Shown one piece after another: positions 1 to 16,341 of a DNA stretch of 64,000 bases. Position 1 is the first letter of the stretch; each line of letters opens with the position of its first letter. Below the pieces are notes generated by a model. That model saw only the letters and a list, made by a program, of their open reading frames with translations, was not told where the DNA came from and made no database searches. The translations under genes and the position numbers were made by a program. The stretch is taken from the NCBI RefSeq assembly GCF_988243305.1, contig NZ_OZ547136.1; one strand, written 5' to 3'.

Positions 1-22
1 CTAACGACGGTTAGCTTAATTG

Positions 23-1075
23 TCAGTCATCCGTATCAGAAAAGTTTTTACGCGTTTTTACCTGCGCCATGCTTTCCAGAATACGGTGATAGTTTTCGAA
101 ACGGGTTTCCGCGATTTTCCCTTCCTCAACCGCTTCCCGGATAGCGCAGCCCGGATCGGTATCGTGTTTGCAATCGCGATATTTACACAGACCTAAGTAG
201 TCATGGAATTCGACAAAGCCCTGAGTGATTTGTTCCGGCTCCAGGTGCCAGAGGCCGAATTCACGCACACCAGGGGAGTCAATCACATCACCGCCGTGCG
301 GGAAGTGATACAGCCGAGCGGCGGTCGTGGTGTGCTGACCAAGCCCCGAGTTGTCAGAGACATCGTTGGTCAGGATCTCTTTTTGCAGCCCCAGCAGCGC
401 GTTCAGCAGGCTGGATTTCCCGACGCCGGACTGCCCGGCAAAAATGCTGATGCGCCCGGTCAACGCCTCTTCCAGCGGTTTCAGCCCATCCTGAGTATGG
501 CTGGAAACCATCAATACGCGATAACCGATATTGCGGTAGATATCCATCTGCTCGTTGACGAATGCCATGCCTTCGTCGTCCAGCAGGTCTATCTTGTTGA
601 GCACAATAATCGGCTCAATCCGCAAGGTTTCGCAGGCCACCAGGTAACGGTCGATAATATTGAGCGACAGCTCCGGCAAAATGGCGGAGACAATGACAAT
701 CTGGTCGATGTTGGCGGCAATAGGTTTCACGCCGTCGTAGAAATCCGGACGCGTCAACACCGAGGTGCGCTCATGCACCGCTTCCACGATCCCTTTGACA
801 TTTACGCCTTCCGCCGCCGGTTTACCCGGACGCCAGACTACGCGGTCGCCGGTCACCAGCGAACGGATGGTACGGCGAATATTGCAGCGGTGAACGTCGC
901 CATCTGCGGATTCCACATCAGCGTGCATACCAAAGCGGCTGATGACGATACCTTCATCAGGCTCGCCAAACAGATTGTCGTCGTAGTCGGGCTTCTCCTT
1001 AGACGTTTTAAGACGACGCTGGTGATTGGCGTTCACGCGGCGCTGCTGGCCTTTGGAGAGTTTATTTTTACTCAA
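23..1075 (-). CDS. rsgA: Ribosome small-subunit biogenesis GTPase RsgA (YjeQ)
   Basis: ORF 23..1108(-); translation matches RsgA; 350-aa form starts at TTG (1075..1073, ...LSKNKLSK); P-loop [10 protein letters not shown]-terminal Cys/His zinc motif. Confidence 0.93.
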
Positions 1076-1169
1076 TCGTACAGACTCCTGGTCGCCCCTG
1101 ATGGGCAAAACATCTATGATACACGCAATTGTGGATCAATATAGTCACTGTGAATGGGTGGAAAATAGC

Positions 1170-1715
1170 ATGAGTGCCAATGAAAACAACCTGATTTGGA
1201 TCGATCTTGAGATGACCGGTCTGGATCCCGAGCGCGATCGCATTATTGAGATTGCCACGCTGGTGACCGATGCCAACCTGAATATTCTGGCAGAAGGGCC
1301 GACCATTGCAGTACACCAGTCTGATGAACAGCTGGCGCTGATGGATGACTGGAACGTGCGCACCCATACCGCCAGCGGGCTGGTAGAGCGCGTGAAAGCG
1401 AGCACGATGGGCGATCGTGAAGCTGAACTGGCAACGCTCGAATTTTTAAAACAGTGGGTGCCTGCGGGAAAATCGCCGATTTGCGGTAACAGCATCGGCC
1501 AGGATCGTCGCTTCCTGTTTAAATACATGCCGGAGCTGGAAGCCTACTTCCACTACCGTTATCTCGATGTCAGCACGCTGAAAGAGCTGGCGCGCCGCTG
1601 GAAGCCGGAAATTCTTGATGGTTTTACCAAGCAGGGGACGCATCAGGCGATGGATGATATCCGTGAGTCGGTGGCAGAACTGGCTTACTACCGTGAGCAT
1701 TTTATCAAGCTGTAA
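1170..1715 (+). CDS. orn: Oligoribonuclease
   Basis: ATG at 1170 inside ORF 1026..1715; 181 aa [29 protein letters not shown]... DEDD exonuclease signature. Confidence 0.95.
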
Positions 1716-1819
1716 AATTTTTCCTGGTCACGTAAGCGCCGGAATCCACTTGCGGCGGCGTGATTTTGACGCTAAATTGAACGTCTTGCTGATAATTTCA
1801 GCATTTGAGATAAAAACTC

Positions 1820-1876
1820 AAAAAAAATTTTTTAGGGGGGTTGCAGAGGGAAAGATTTCTCGTATAATGCGCCTCC
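1820..1876 (+). promoter_or_regulatory. Sigma70 promoter for the tRNA-Gly array (-35 TTGCAG 1841-1846, -10 TATAAT 1863-1868, GC-rich discriminator, upstream A/T tract)
   Basis: Near-consensus hexamers with 16-bp spacer about 55 bp upstream of the first tRNA; GCGCCTCCC after the -10 is typical of stringently controlled stable-RNA promoters. Confidence 0.6.
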
Positions 1877-1925
1877 CGTAACGACGCAGAAATGCGAAAA
1901 TTACGAAAGCAAAATTAAGTAGTAC

Positions 1926-2001
<76 letters not shown>

Positions 2002-2158
2002 AAATTTGAAAAGTGCTGCAAAGCACAGACCACCCAATCGCAGTATTTCGAATTGCGACAAGGCGGCAACTGAACGAATCCTTGGGAGCTTACAAAAGTA
2101 AGTGACTAAGGTGAGTGAAGGCAGCCAAGGCAGTAGCGGTTCGAAAAACGAAGATTAA

Positions 2159-2234
<76 letters not shown>

Positions 2235-2269
2235 AAATTTGAAAGTGCTATAAAGCACAGACCACCCAA

Positions 2270-2345
<76 letters not shown>

Positions 2346-2614
2346 AATTCTTCTCTCAATAAAATATCCACAGCGACGCGATGCGTTATTGCTGGTTTTT
2401 GTTGTCTCTGACAAACTATTGTAAACAGAGTTATCCACAGCCTCAGTCCGTAATCTTAATTTCAAAGAAACTTCGCACGGTGAATAGTATTTTTTTAACT
2501 TACTGATATATAGGTTGAAAATTAAGATTCTGTTTTGTCGAGTCGATCACTTGACGATTTTATTCGTCTTGAATTGCAATGTGTTTTTATTTTTATTCAC
2601 AAGCTGTGGATGAA

Positions 2615-3752
2615 TCAGGCATCACGCGGTAACCCTTTTTCAATTACCCGAACCAGACGCTGTTTTTTCGGCAATTGCACTGCGACTATGCACGCATTTC
2701 GTCTCTCGATTTGCTGCGCAATCGCCCACGCTATGTGCTCATCAAGAAGTGGGTGCTCACCTTTACGACTTTCCAGCGCCGCCAGAATCGTTTCATCCCA
2801 GGGCGCATTGCCTAAGGCTACGGCAATATTACGCAGCCAACGCAGGTGACCTATACGGCGAATCGCCGAACCTTCCGTGACTTTTAAAAACTTCTCTTCA
2901 CTCCAGGCGAATAACTCAATGAGTTCCGGTGCGTGTAGCGGCTTACGCGGGCTGAAATCGTCTTCTGTAGTGAGTTGCGAATAGCGATTCCACGGGCAGA
3001 TAAGCTGGCAGTCATCGCAACCATAAATACGATTTCCCATTAACGGTCGCAACTCTTCCGGGATCGCCCCCTCCAGTTCGATGGTGAGATAAGAGATACA
3101 GCGGCGAGCATCGACGGTATATGGCTCGACGATGGCTCCGGTCGGGCAAATCGTCATACAGGCCACGCATTTACCGCATCCTTCCTCGACTGGTTGATCC
3201 ACGGGCAGAGGAATATCGACCAGCAATTCGCCTAAAAAGAAGAACGAACCGGCCTCGCGATTGAGGATAAGTGAGTGCTTACCTGTCCAGCCAAGTCCTG
3301 CTTTTTCAGCTAACGGGCGCTCGAGAATAGGCGCAGAATCGACAAACGGTCTAAAATTCAGCGAAACACAATGTTGCTGAATCATCTCGCCCAGCTTTTT
3401 AAGTCGGTTGCGCAGAAGTTTGTGATAGTCACGGCCCAGCGCATAACGGCTAACATAGCCGAGTTTGGGATTTTTCAGCGTGCTGGCAAATGCGGCGTTA
3501 GCAGGAAGGTAATTCATCCGCACGCTGATCACGCGCAGCGTACCGGGCAATAACTCATGGGGGCGGGCACGTAGCATACCGTGACGCGCCATCCAGTCCA
3601 TTTCGCCGTGGTATTGTTTGTCCAGCCATGCTTGCAGTTTGGGCTCGGACTCGCTGAGATCGGTATCGGTAATACCTACCTGCTGAAAGCCCAGTTCTAG
3701 CCCCCACTGTTTAATATTTTGCGCTAATTGATTGAGATCGAGGGGCTCTGAC

Positions 3753-3754
<2 letters not shown>
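2615..3754 (-). CDS. queG: Epoxyqueuosine reductase QueG (4Fe-4S, cobalamin-dependent)
   Basis: ORF 2615..3862(-); 379-aa form starts at ATG 3754 (MSEPLDLNQL...); ferredoxin-type Cys motifs CGKCVACMTICP and CDDCQLICP. Confidence 0.9.
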
Positions 3755-5733
<1,979 letters not shown>

Positions 5734-5751
5734 CCTTTGAAAGGTGGCGGG

Positions 5752-7089
5752 ATGATGTATCGCATCAGAAATTGGTTGGTAGCGACGTTGCTGCTGCTGT
5801 GCGCGCCGGTGGGTGCCGCGACGCTCTCTGATATTCAGGTTTCTAACGGTAATCAACAGGCGCGGATAACGTTGAGTTTTATTGGCGATCCTGATTATGC
5901 GTTTAGCCATCAAAGCAAACGCACCGTGGCGCTCGATATCAAACAAACGGGCGTGATTCAGGGACTGCCATTGTTGTTCAGCGGTAATAATCTGGTGAAG
6001 GCGATTCGCTCCGGAACGCCTAAAGATGCACAAACGCTACGGCTGGTGGTCGATCTTACCGAAAACGGTAAAACCGAAGCGGTGAAGCGGCAGAATGGCA
6101 GCAATTACACTGTCGTCTTTACGATTAACGCCGATGTGCCGCCACCGCCTCCTCCGCCGCCTGTGGTTGCGAAACGCGTTGAAACGCCTGCGGTTGTCGC
6201 ACCGCGCGTCAGCGAACCGGCGCGCAATCCGTTTAAAACGGAAAGTAACCGCACTACAGGTGTTATCAGCAGTAATACGGTAACGCGTCCGGCAGCGCGC
6301 GCGACGGCTAACACTGGCGATAAAATTATCATCGCTATTGATGCAGGACACGGCGGTCAGGACCCTGGCGCTATCGGCCCCGGTGGTACGCGGGAGAAAA
6401 ATGTCACCATCGCCATCGCACGTAAATTGCGTACTTTGCTCAATGACGATCCGATGTTTAAAGGCGTTTTAACTCGTGACGGGGATTACTTTATTTCGGT
6501 GATGGGGCGCAGTGATGTGGCACGTAAGCAAAACGCTAATTTCCTCGTGTCGATTCACGCTGATGCCGCACCGAACCGCAGTGCGACTGGCGCTTCCGTA
6601 TGGGTGCTCTCTAACCGTCGCGCCAACAGCGAAATGGCCAGCTGGCTGGAACAGCATGAGAAACAGTCGGAGCTATTGGGCGGAGCGGGCGATGTGCTGG
6701 CGAACAGTCAGTCTGACCCCTATTTAAGCCAGGCGGTGCTGGATTTACAGTTCGGTCATTCCCAGCGGGTAGGGTATGATGTAGCGACCAGTATGATCAG
6801 CCAGTTGCAACGCATTGGCGAAATACATAAACGTCGACCAGAACACGCCAGCCTTGGCGTTCTGCGTTCGCCGGATATCCCATCAGTACTGGTCGAAACC
6901 GGTTTTATCAGCAACAACAGCGAAGAACGTTTGCTGGCGAGCGACGATTACCAACAACAGCTGGCAGAAGCCATTTACAAAGGCCTGCGTAATTATTTCC
7001 TTGCGCATCCGATGCAATCTGCGCCGCAGGGTGCAACGGCACAAACTGCCAGTACGGTGACGACGCCAGATCGCACGCTGCCAAACTAA
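5752..7089 (+). CDS. amiB: N-acetylmuramoyl-L-alanine amidase AmiB
   Basis: ORF 5737..7089; start ATG 5752 after RBS AAAGGTGG; signal peptide, AMIN domain, poly-Pro linker, amidase_3 domain. Confidence 0.92.
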   Translation: MMYRIRNWLVATLLLLCAPVGAATLSDIQVSNGNQQARITLSFIGDPDYAFSHQSKRTVALDIKQTGVIQGLPLLFSGNNLVKAIRSGTPKDAQTLRLVVDLTENGKTEAVKRQNGSNYTVVFTINADVPPPPPPPPVVAKRVETPAVVAPRVSEPARNPFKTESNRTTGVISSNTVTRPAARATANTGDKIIIAIDAGHGGQDPGAIGPGGTREKNVTIAIARKLRTLLNDDPMFKGVLTRDGDYFISVMGRSDVARKQNANFLVSIHADAAPNRSATGASVWVLSNRRANSEMASWLEQHEKQSELLGGAGDVLANSQSDPYLSQAVLDLQFGHSQRVGYDVATSMISQLQRIGEIHKRRPEHASLGVLRSPDIPSVLVETGFISNNSEERLLASDDYQQQLAEAIYKGLRNYFLAHPMQSAPQGATAQTASTVTTPDRTLPN

Positions 7090-7098
7090 GGACGATTG

Positions 7099-8946
7099 AT
7101 GCCAATTCAGGTCTTACCGCCACAACTGGCGAACCAGATTGCCGCAGGTGAGGTGGTCGAGCGACCTGCGTCGGTAGTCAAAGAACTGGTGGAAAACAGC
7201 CTCGATGCAGGTGCGACGCGTATCGATATTGATATCGAACGCGGTGGGGCGAAACTTATCCGCATTCGTGATAACGGCTGCGGTATCAAAAAAGATGAGC
7301 TGGCGCTGGCGCTGGCTCGTCATGCCACCAGTAAAATCGCCTCTCTGGACGATCTCGAAGCCATTATCAGCCTGGGCTTTCGCGGTGAGGCGCTGGCGAG
7401 TATCAGTTCGGTTTCCCGCCTGACGCTCACTTCACGTACCGCAGAACAGCAGGAAGCCTGGCAGGCCTATGCCGAAGGGCGCGATATGGACGTGACGGTA
7501 AAACCGGCGGCGCATCCTGTGGGAACGACGCTGGAGGTGCTGGACCTGTTCTACAACACCCCGGCGCGGCGCAAATTCCTGCGCACCGAGAAAACCGAAT
7601 TTAACCACATTGATGAGATCATCCGCCGCATTGCGCTGGCGCGTTTCGACGTCACGATCAACCTGTCGCATAACGGTAAAATTGTGCGTCAGTACCGCGC
7701 AGTGCCGGAAGGCGGGCAAAAAGAACGGCGCTTAGGCGCGATTTGCGGCACCGCTTTTCTCGAACAAGCGCTGGCGATTGAATGGCAACACGGCGATCTC
7801 ACGCTGCGCGGCTGGGTGGCAGATCCGAATCACACCACGCCCGCACTGGCGGAAATTCAGTATTGCTATGTGAATGGTCGCATGATGCGCGATCGCCTGA
7901 TCAATCACGCGATCCGCCAGGCCTGTGAAGACAAACTGGGGGCCGATCAGCAACCGGCATTTGTGTTGTATCTGGAGATCGACCCACATCAGGTGGACGT
8001 CAACGTGCACCCTGCCAAACACGAAGTGCGTTTCCATCAGTCGCGTCTGGTGCATGATTTTATCTATCAGGGCGTGCTGAGCGTGCTACAACAGCAACTG
8101 GAAACGCCGCTACCGCTGGACGATGAACCACAACCTGCACCGCGCGCCATCCCGGAAAACCGCGTGGCGGCGGGGCGCAATCATTTTGCTGAACCGGCAG
8201 TTCGTGAGCCAGTAGCTCCGCGTTACACTCCTGCGCCCGCCTCAGGCAGTCGTCCGGCTGCCCCTTGGCCGAATGCGCAGCCAGGTTACCAGAAACAGCA
8301 AGGTGAAGTGTATCGCCAGCTTTTGCAAACGCCCGCGCCGATGCAAAAACCAAAAGCGCCAGAACCGCAGGAACCTGCACTTGCGGCGAACAGTCAGAGT
8401 TTTGGTCGGGTACTGACTATCGTCCATTCCGACTGTGCGTTGCTGGAGCGCGACGGCAACATTTCACTTTTAGCCTTGCCAGTGGCAGAACGTTGGCTGC
8501 GTCAGGCGCAACTGACGCCGGGTGAAGCGCCAGTTTGCGCCCAGCCGTTGCTGATTCCGCTGCGGCTAAAAGTTTCTGGTGAAGAAAAATCGGCATTAGA
8601 AAAAGCGCAGTCTGCCCTGGCGGAATTGGGTATTGATTTCCAGTCCGATGCGCAGCATGTGACCATCAGGGCCGTGCCTTTACCCTTACGCCAACAAAAT
8701 TTACAAATCTTGATTCCTGAACTGATAGGCTACCTGGCGAAGCAGTCCGTATTCGAACCTGGCAATATTGCGCAGTGGATTGCACGAAATCTGATGAGCG
8801 AACATGCGCAGTGGTCAATGGCACAGGCCATAACCCTGCTGGCGGACGTGGAACGGTTATGTCCGCAACTTGTGAAAACGCCGCCGGGTGGTCTGTTACA
8901 ATCTGTTGATTTACATCCGGCGATAAAAGCCCTGAAAGATGAGTGA
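7099..8946 (+). CDS. mutL: DNA mismatch repair protein MutL
   Basis: 615 aa from ATG 7099; GHKL ATPase motifs ([16 protein letters not shown]) match MutL. Confidence 0.95.
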
Positions 8947-9889
8947 TATCAGTAAGGCGAGCCTGCCTAAGGCGATTTTTTTGATGGGGCCGACGGCCTC
9001 CGGTAAAACGGCGTTAGCCATTGAGCTGCGTAAAATTTTACCAGTAGAGTTGATAAGCGTTGATTCTGCCCTTATTTACAAAGGGATGGATATCGGGACG
9101 GCGAAGCCGAACGCTGAAGAGTTACTCGCCGCGCCGCACCGATTGCTGGATATTCGCGATCCGTCGCAGGCTTACTCGGCTGCTGATTTTCGCCGCGATG
9201 CGTTGGCGGAAATGGCCGATATCACCGCGGCGGGGCGGATCCCACTGTTAGTGGGCGGTACGATGTTGTATTTCAAGGCATTGCTGGAAGGGTTGTCGCC
9301 GCTACCGTCGGCAGACCCGGAAGTGCGGGCCAGAATTGAGCAACAGGCGGCAGAGCAAGGTTGGGAGTCATTGCATCGTCAACTTCAGGAGATCGATCCG
9401 GTTGCGGCAGCAAGGATTCATCCAAATGATCCACAAAGGCTTTCCCGGGCACTGGAAGTTTTTTTCATTTCGGGTAAAACTTTAACGGAACTGACGCAAA
9501 CGTCAGGAGACGCTCTACCGTATCAGGTGCATCAGTTCGCCATCGCCCCGGCGAGCCGTGAACTGCTCCATCAACGAATTGAGCAGCGTTTTCATCAGAT
9601 GTTGGCTTCAGGTTTTGAAGCAGAAGTCCGGGCGCTTTTTGCCCGAGGAGATTTGCATACGGACTTGCCTTCCATTCGTTGCGTGGGTTATCGCCAGATG
9701 TGGTCTTACCTTGAAGGCGAAATCTCATACGATGAAATGGTTTATCGAGGTGTTTGCGCCACGAGACAGTTGGCGAAGCGGCAGATAACCTGGCTGCGTG
9801 GTTGGGAAGGGGTTCACTGGCTTGACAGTGAAAAACCAGAACAAGCGCGTGACGAAGTATTACAGGTTGTTGGTGCTATCGCAGGCTGA
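8939..9889 (+). CDS. miaA: tRNA dimethylallyltransferase MiaA
   Basis: 316 aa; P-loop GPTASGKT; overlaps mutL stop by 8 nt. Confidence 0.95.
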
Positions 9890-9962
9890 ATGTGTACAAT
9901 TGAGACGTATCGTGCGCAATTTTTTCAGAATCGAAAGGTTCAAAGTACAAATAAGCATATAA

Positions 9963-10283
<321 letters not shown>

Positions 10284-10359
10284 GGTTTCGGGCTGTTTTT
10301 TTTACACGGGGAGCCAGCGATCCTGCGTTCCCCGCTGATCTATTTAGAGGGTTATACGC

Positions 10360-11640
10360 TTGTTTGACCGTTATGATGCTGGTGAGCAGGCGGTACTGGT
10401 ACACATCTATTTTACGCAAGACAAAGATATGGAAGACCTCCAGGAGTTTGAATCTCTGGTCTCTTCCGCCGGTGTCGAAGCATTGCAGGTGATTACCGGT
10501 AGCCGTAAAGCGCCGCACCCAAAGTATTTTGTAGGTGAAGGTAAAGCAGTTGAAATTGCGGAAGCTGTCAAAGCGACGGGTGCTTCGGTCGTTCTTTTTG
10601 ACCATGCCCTGAGCCCGGCGCAAGAGCGTAACCTGGAGCGTTTGTGCGAGTGTCGTGTTATCGACCGCACCGGCCTTATTTTAGATATTTTCGCCCAACG
10701 TGCGCGTACCCATGAGGGTAAGTTGCAGGTTGAGCTGGCGCAGCTGCGCCATCTGGCTACGCGCCTGGTGCGTGGCTGGACCCACCTTGAAAGACAGAAA
10801 GGCGGGATAGGTTTGCGTGGTCCGGGTGAAACCCAGCTCGAAACCGACCGTCGTTTGTTGCGTAATCGCATCGTGCAGATACAGTCGCGCCTGGAAAGAG
10901 TTGAAAAGCAGCGTGAGCAGGGGCGGCAATCGCGTATCAAAGCCGACGTTCCTACTGTTTCGCTGGTGGGATATACCAACGCCGGTAAATCTACCCTTTT
11001 CAATCGCATCACCGAAGCGCGGGTCTACGCGGCAGACCAGTTGTTTGCCACCCTCGACCCGACGTTGCGGCGTATTGACGTCGCAGATGTCGGTGAAACC
11101 GTGTTGGCAGATACCGTAGGGTTTATTCGCCACCTGCCGCACGATCTGGTGGCGGCATTTAAAGCCACGTTACAAGAGACGCGGCAAGCCACATTGCTGC
11201 TGCACGTCATTGATGCGGCGGATGTACGTGTACAAGAAAACATCGAAGCGGTGAATACGGTTCTTGAAGAGATCGACGCTCACGAGATCCCAACCCTGCT
11301 GGTGATGAACAAGATCGATATGCTGGAAGATTTCGAACCGCGTATTGATCGGGACGAAGAGAACAAACCGATCCGTGTCTGGCTTTCCGCACAGACCGGA
11401 GCGGGGATACCACAGCTTTTTCAGGCTTTGACGGAGCGGCTTTCCGGCGAGGTGGCGCAGCATACATTGCGTCTGCCACCGCAGGAAGGGCGTCTGAGAA
11501 GTCGTTTTTATCAGCTTCAGGCAATAGAAAAAGAGTGGATGGAGGAGGACGGCAGCGTAAGTCTGCAAGTTCGTATGCCGATCGTTGACTGGCGTCGCCT
11601 CTGTAAACAAGAACCGGCGTTGATCGATTACCTGATCTAA
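10360..11640 (+). CDS. hflX: Ribosome-associated GTPase HflX
   Basis: 426 aa, TTG start at 10360; G motifs [18 protein letters not shown]. Confidence 0.93.
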   Translation: MFDRYDAGEQAVLVHIYFTQDKDMEDLQEFESLVSSAGVEALQVITGSRKAPHPKYFVGEGKAVEIAEAVKATGASVVLFDHALSPAQERNLERLCECRVIDRTGLILDIFAQRARTHEGKLQVELAQLRHLATRLVRGWTHLERQKGGIGLRGPGETQLETDRRLLRNRIVQIQSRLERVEKQREQGRQSRIKADVPTVSLVGYTNAGKSTLFNRITEARVYAADQLFATLDPTLRRIDVADVGETVLADTVGFIRHLPHDLVAAFKATLQETRQATLLLHVIDAADVRVQENIEAVNTVLEEIDAHEIPTLLVMNKIDMLEDFEPRIDRDEENKPIRVWLSAQTGAGIPQLFQALTERLSGEVAQHTLRLPPQEGRLRSRFYQLQAIEKEWMEEDGSVSLQVRMPIVDWRRLCKQEPALIDYLI

Positions 11641-11725
11641 CGGCGTAGCGTCTGAAGCGTGGAGTCATATCCTCTGGCGTCGAAAGACAACAGGGATCAC
11701 CGCATAACAAATATGGAGCACAAAC

Positions 11726-12985
11726 ATGGCGTGGAATCAGCCCGGTAATAACGGACAAGACCGCGACCCGTGGGGAAGCAGCAAACCTGGCGGCAACTCT
11801 GAGGGAAATGGAAACAAAGGCGGTCGCGATCAAGGGCCACCTGATTTAGATGATATCTTCCGCAAGCTGAGCAAAAAGCTCGGTGGTCTGGGCGGCGGTA
11901 AAGGCACCGGATCTGGCGGTGGCAGTTCATCGCAAGGCCCGCGCCCGCAGCTTGGCGGTCGTGTCGTTACCATCGCAGCGGCAGCGATTGTCATTATCTG
12001 GGCGGCCAGTGGTTTCTATACCATTAAAGAAGCCGAACGTGGCGTGGTAACACGCTTTGGTAAATTCAGCCATCTGGTTGAGCCGGGTCTGAACTGGAAA
12101 CCGACGTTTATCGACGAAGTCAAACCGGTGAACGTGGAAGCCGTGCGTGAACTGGCCGCTTCTGGTGTGATGCTGACGTCGGACGAGAACGTAGTGCGCG
12201 TTGAGATGAACGTGCAGTACCGCGTCACCAATCCGGAAAAATATCTGTATAGCGTGACCAGCCCGGATGACAGCCTGCGTCAGGCTACCGACAGCGCCCT
12301 GCGCGGGGTTATCGGTAAATACACCATGGACCGCATTCTGACGGAAGGTCGTACCGTGATTCGTAGCGATACTCAGCGCGAACTGGAAGAGACGATTCGT
12401 CCGTATGACATGGGTATCACTCTGCTGGACGTCAACTTCCAGGCAGCTCGTCCGCCAGAAGAAGTAAAAGCGGCGTTTGACGATGCGATTGCCGCGCGTG
12501 AAAACGAACAGCAATACATTCGTGAAGCAGAAGCGTATACCAACGAAGTTCAGCCGCGTGCGAACGGTCAGGCGCAACGTATCCTCGAAGAGGCACGTGC
12601 GTACAAGGCCCAGACCATCCTGGAAGCTCAGGGTGAAGTGGCGCGCTTTGCTAAACTTCTGCCGGAATATAAAGCTGCGCCGGAAATTACTCGCGAGCGT
12701 CTGTATATCGAGACGATGGAAAAAGTGTTGGGTAACACCCGCAAAGTGCTGGTTAACGATAAAGGTGGCAACCTGATGGTTCTGCCGTTAGACCAGATGC
12801 TGAAAGGTGGTAACGCCCCTGCGGCGAAGAGCGATAACGGTGCCAGCAATCTGCTGCGTCTGCCGCCAGCCTCTTCCTCCACAACCAGTGGAGCAAGCAA
12901 CACGTCGTCCACCAGTCAGGGCGATATTATGGACCAACGCCGCGCCAACGCGCAGCGTAACGACTACCAGCGTCAGGGGGAATAA
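11726..12985 (+). CDS. hflK: FtsH protease modulator HflK (SPFH/band-7)
   Basis: 419 aa; Gly-rich N-terminus, TM segment, SPFH domain. Confidence 0.95.
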   Translation: MAWNQPGNNGQDRDPWGSSKPGGNSEGNGNKGGRDQGPPDLDDIFRKLSKKLGGLGGGKGTGSGGGSSSQGPRPQLGGRVVTIAAAAIVIIWAASGFYTIKEAERGVVTRFGKFSHLVEPGLNWKPTFIDEVKPVNVEAVRELAASGVMLTSDENVVRVEMNVQYRVTNPEKYLYSVTSPDDSLRQATDSALRGVIGKYTMDRILTEGRTVIRSDTQRELEETIRPYDMGITLLDVNFQAARPPEEVKAAFDDAIAARENEQQYIREAEAYTNEVQPRANGQAQRILEEARAYKAQTILEAQGEVARFAKLLPEYKAAPEITRERLYIETMEKVLGNTRKVLVNDKGGNLMVLPLDQMLKGGNAPAAKSDNGASNLLRLPPASSSTTSGASNTSSTSQGDIMDQRRANAQRNDYQRQGE

Positions 12986-12987
12986 CG

Positions 12988-13992
12988 ATGCGTAAGTCAG
13001 TTATCGCGATTATCATCATCGTGCTGGTAGTGCTTTACATGTCTGTCTTTGTCGTCAAAGAAGGTGAGCGCGGTATTACGCTGCGTTTTGGTAAGGTACT
13101 GCGTGACGATGACAACAAACCTCTGGTTTATGAGCCGGGTCTGCATTTCAAGATACCGTTCATTGAAACGGTGAAAATGCTCGACGCACGTATTCAGACC
13201 ATGGACAACCAGGCCGACCGCTTTGTGACCAAAGAGAAGAAAGACCTGATCGTCGACTCTTACATCAAATGGCGCATCAGCGATTTCAGCCGTTACTACC
13301 TGGCAACGGGCGGTGGCGACATTTCGCAAGCGGAAGTGCTGTTGAAACGTAAGTTCTCTGACCGTCTGCGTTCTGAAATTGGTCGCCTGGACGTGAAAGA
13401 CATCGTCACCGATTCCCGTGGTCGTCTGACCCTCGAAGTACGTGACGCGCTGAACTCCGGTTCTGCGGGTACAGAAGATGAAGTTACTACCCCGGCAGCA
13501 GATAACGCCATTGCCGAAGCGGCAGAGCGCGTAACGGCTGAGACGAAGGGCAAAGTTCCGGTCATCAACCCGAACAGTATGGCGGCGCTGGGTATTGAAG
13601 TTGTCGATGTGCGTATTAAGCAGATCAACCTGCCGACCGAAGTGTCTGAAGCGATCTACAACCGTATGCGCGCCGAGCGTGAAGCGGTAGCGCGTCGTCA
13701 CCGTTCACAAGGTCAGGAAGAAGCGGAAAAACTGCGCGCGACTGCCGACTATGAAGTGACCAGAACGCTGGCTGAAGCTGAGCGTCAGGGCCGCATCATG
13801 CGTGGTGAAGGCGATGCAGAAGCAGCCAAACTGTTTGCTGATGCATTCAGTAAAGATCCGGACTTCTACGCATTTATCCGTAGCCTGCGTGCTTATGAGA
13901 ACAGCTTCTCTGGCAATCAGGACGTGATGGTCATGAGCCCGGATAGCGATTTCTTCCGCTACATGAAGACGCCGACTTCCGCAACGCGTTAA
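12988..13992 (+). CDS. hflC: FtsH protease modulator HflC (SPFH/band-7)
   Basis: 334 aa; 2-nt gap after hflK; SPFH domain. Confidence 0.95.
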   Translation: MRKSVIAIIIIVLVVLYMSVFVVKEGERGITLRFGKVLRDDDNKPLVYEPGLHFKIPFIETVKMLDARIQTMDNQADRFVTKEKKDLIVDSYIKWRISDFSRYYLATGGGDISQAEVLLKRKFSDRLRSEIGRLDVKDIVTDSRGRLTLEVRDALNSGSAGTEDEVTTPAADNAIAEAAERVTAETKGKVPVINPNSMAALGIEVVDVRIKQINLPTEVSEAIYNRMRAEREAVARRHRSQGQEEAEKLRATADYEVTRTLAEAERQGRIMRGEGDAEAAKLFADAFSKDPDFYAFIRSLRAYENSFSGNQDVMVMSPDSDFFRYMKTPTSATR

Positions 13993-14020
13993 TATAACGA
14001 CTGCGGTACAGGTCAATAAA

Positions 14021-14060
14021 GCCACCGCATCCTCAGGGATGTCGGTGGTTTTCTTTTTCT
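14021..14060 (+). terminator. Rho-independent terminator after hflC
   Basis: Stem GCCACCG/CGGTGGT with 15-nt loop followed by TTTCTTTTTC. Confidence 0.6.
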
Positions 14061-14073
14061 ATAAGGATAATGA

Positions 14074-14271
14074 ATGAATTCGACAATCTGGCTGGCGCTT
14101 GCCCTGGTTTTGGTACTGGAAGGTTTAGGGCCGATGCTTTACCCGAAGGCATGGAAGAAGATGATCTCTGCGATGACCAATTTGCCCGATAATATTTTAC
14201 GTCGTTTTGGCGGTGGACTTGTGGTTGCGGGCGTTGTGGTCTACTACATGTTGAGGAAAACGATTGGCTGA
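14074..14271 (+). CDS. yjeT: DUF2065 small membrane protein YjeT
   Basis: 65 aa, two hydrophobic segments; conserved position between hflC and purA. Confidence 0.85.
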   Translation: MNSTIWLALALVLVLEGLGPMLYPKAWKKMISAMTNLPDNILRRFGGGLVVAGVVVYYMLRKTIG

Positions 14272-14371
14272 ACAAAAAACAGACTGATCGAGGTCATTTT
14301 TGAGTGCAAAAAGTGCTGTAACTCTGAAAAAGCGATGGTAGAATCCATTTTTAAGCAAACGGTGATTTTGA

Positions 14372-15673
<1,302 letters not shown>

Positions 15674-15877
15674 TTCTGGTACGCCTGGCAGATATTTTGC
15701 CTGCCGGGCTAACAGTGTGATACATTGCTGTGTCGGTTAAGCCATTACGCTTTCCGACACAGTGTTAAATCCTCGCTTTTTTCCTTCCCCGAACTGAAAT
15801 AAATTAGCGACACAGCTTGTGGCTGGTTTATCATCAATATAAATGTATTTTTTCCCGATTTCCCTTTTGAGGTTGAT

Positions 15878-16303
15878 GTGCAGTTAACGAGTTTCACTGA
15901 TTACGGATTACGTGCGCTGATCTACATGGCGTCATTGCCAGAAGGGCGGATGACCAGTATTTCTGAAGTGACTGACGTCTACGGCGTCTCCCGTAATCAT
16001 ATGGTCAAAATAATCAATCAACTTAGTCGTGCCGGCTACGTGACTGCTGTTCGTGGAAAAAATGGCGGCATTCGTCTGGGTAAACCGGCGAGTGCGATAC
16101 GTATTGGTGATGTGGTGCGCGAGCTGGAGCCCTTATCGCTGGTGAATTGCAGCAGTGAGTTTTGCCACATTACACCTGCCTGTCGGTTGAAACAGGCGCT
16201 TTCTAAGGCCGTGCAAAGTTTTCTTACGGAACTGGATAACTACACGCTTGCCGATTTGGTTGAAGAGAATCAACCGCTTTATAAATTATTGCTGGTGGAG
16301 TGA
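15878..16303 (+). CDS. nsrR: NO-sensing Rrf2-family repressor NsrR
   Basis: 141 aa, GTG start 15878; Rrf2 HTH; Cys ligands for Fe-S cluster ([12 protein letters not shown]). Confidence 0.92.
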
Positions 16304-16341
16304 CGAAAATCTTCATCAGAGATGACAACGGAGGAACCGAG

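Noticed and set aside
10284-10303. Rho-independent terminator directly after hfq
   Set aside because: Only a weak hairpin overlapping the stop codon followed by a T-run; not strong enough to call from sequence alone.
10407-11243. Long minus-strand ORFs (201, 153 and 72 aa) antisense to hflX
   Set aside because: They lie entirely within the well-supported hflX coding sequence on the opposite strand; high-GC coding regions often give such antisense frames, and none has start-site support.
12997-13701. 234-aa minus-strand ORF antisense to hflC
   Set aside because: Fully embedded opposite hflC; no RBS and no recognisable domain.
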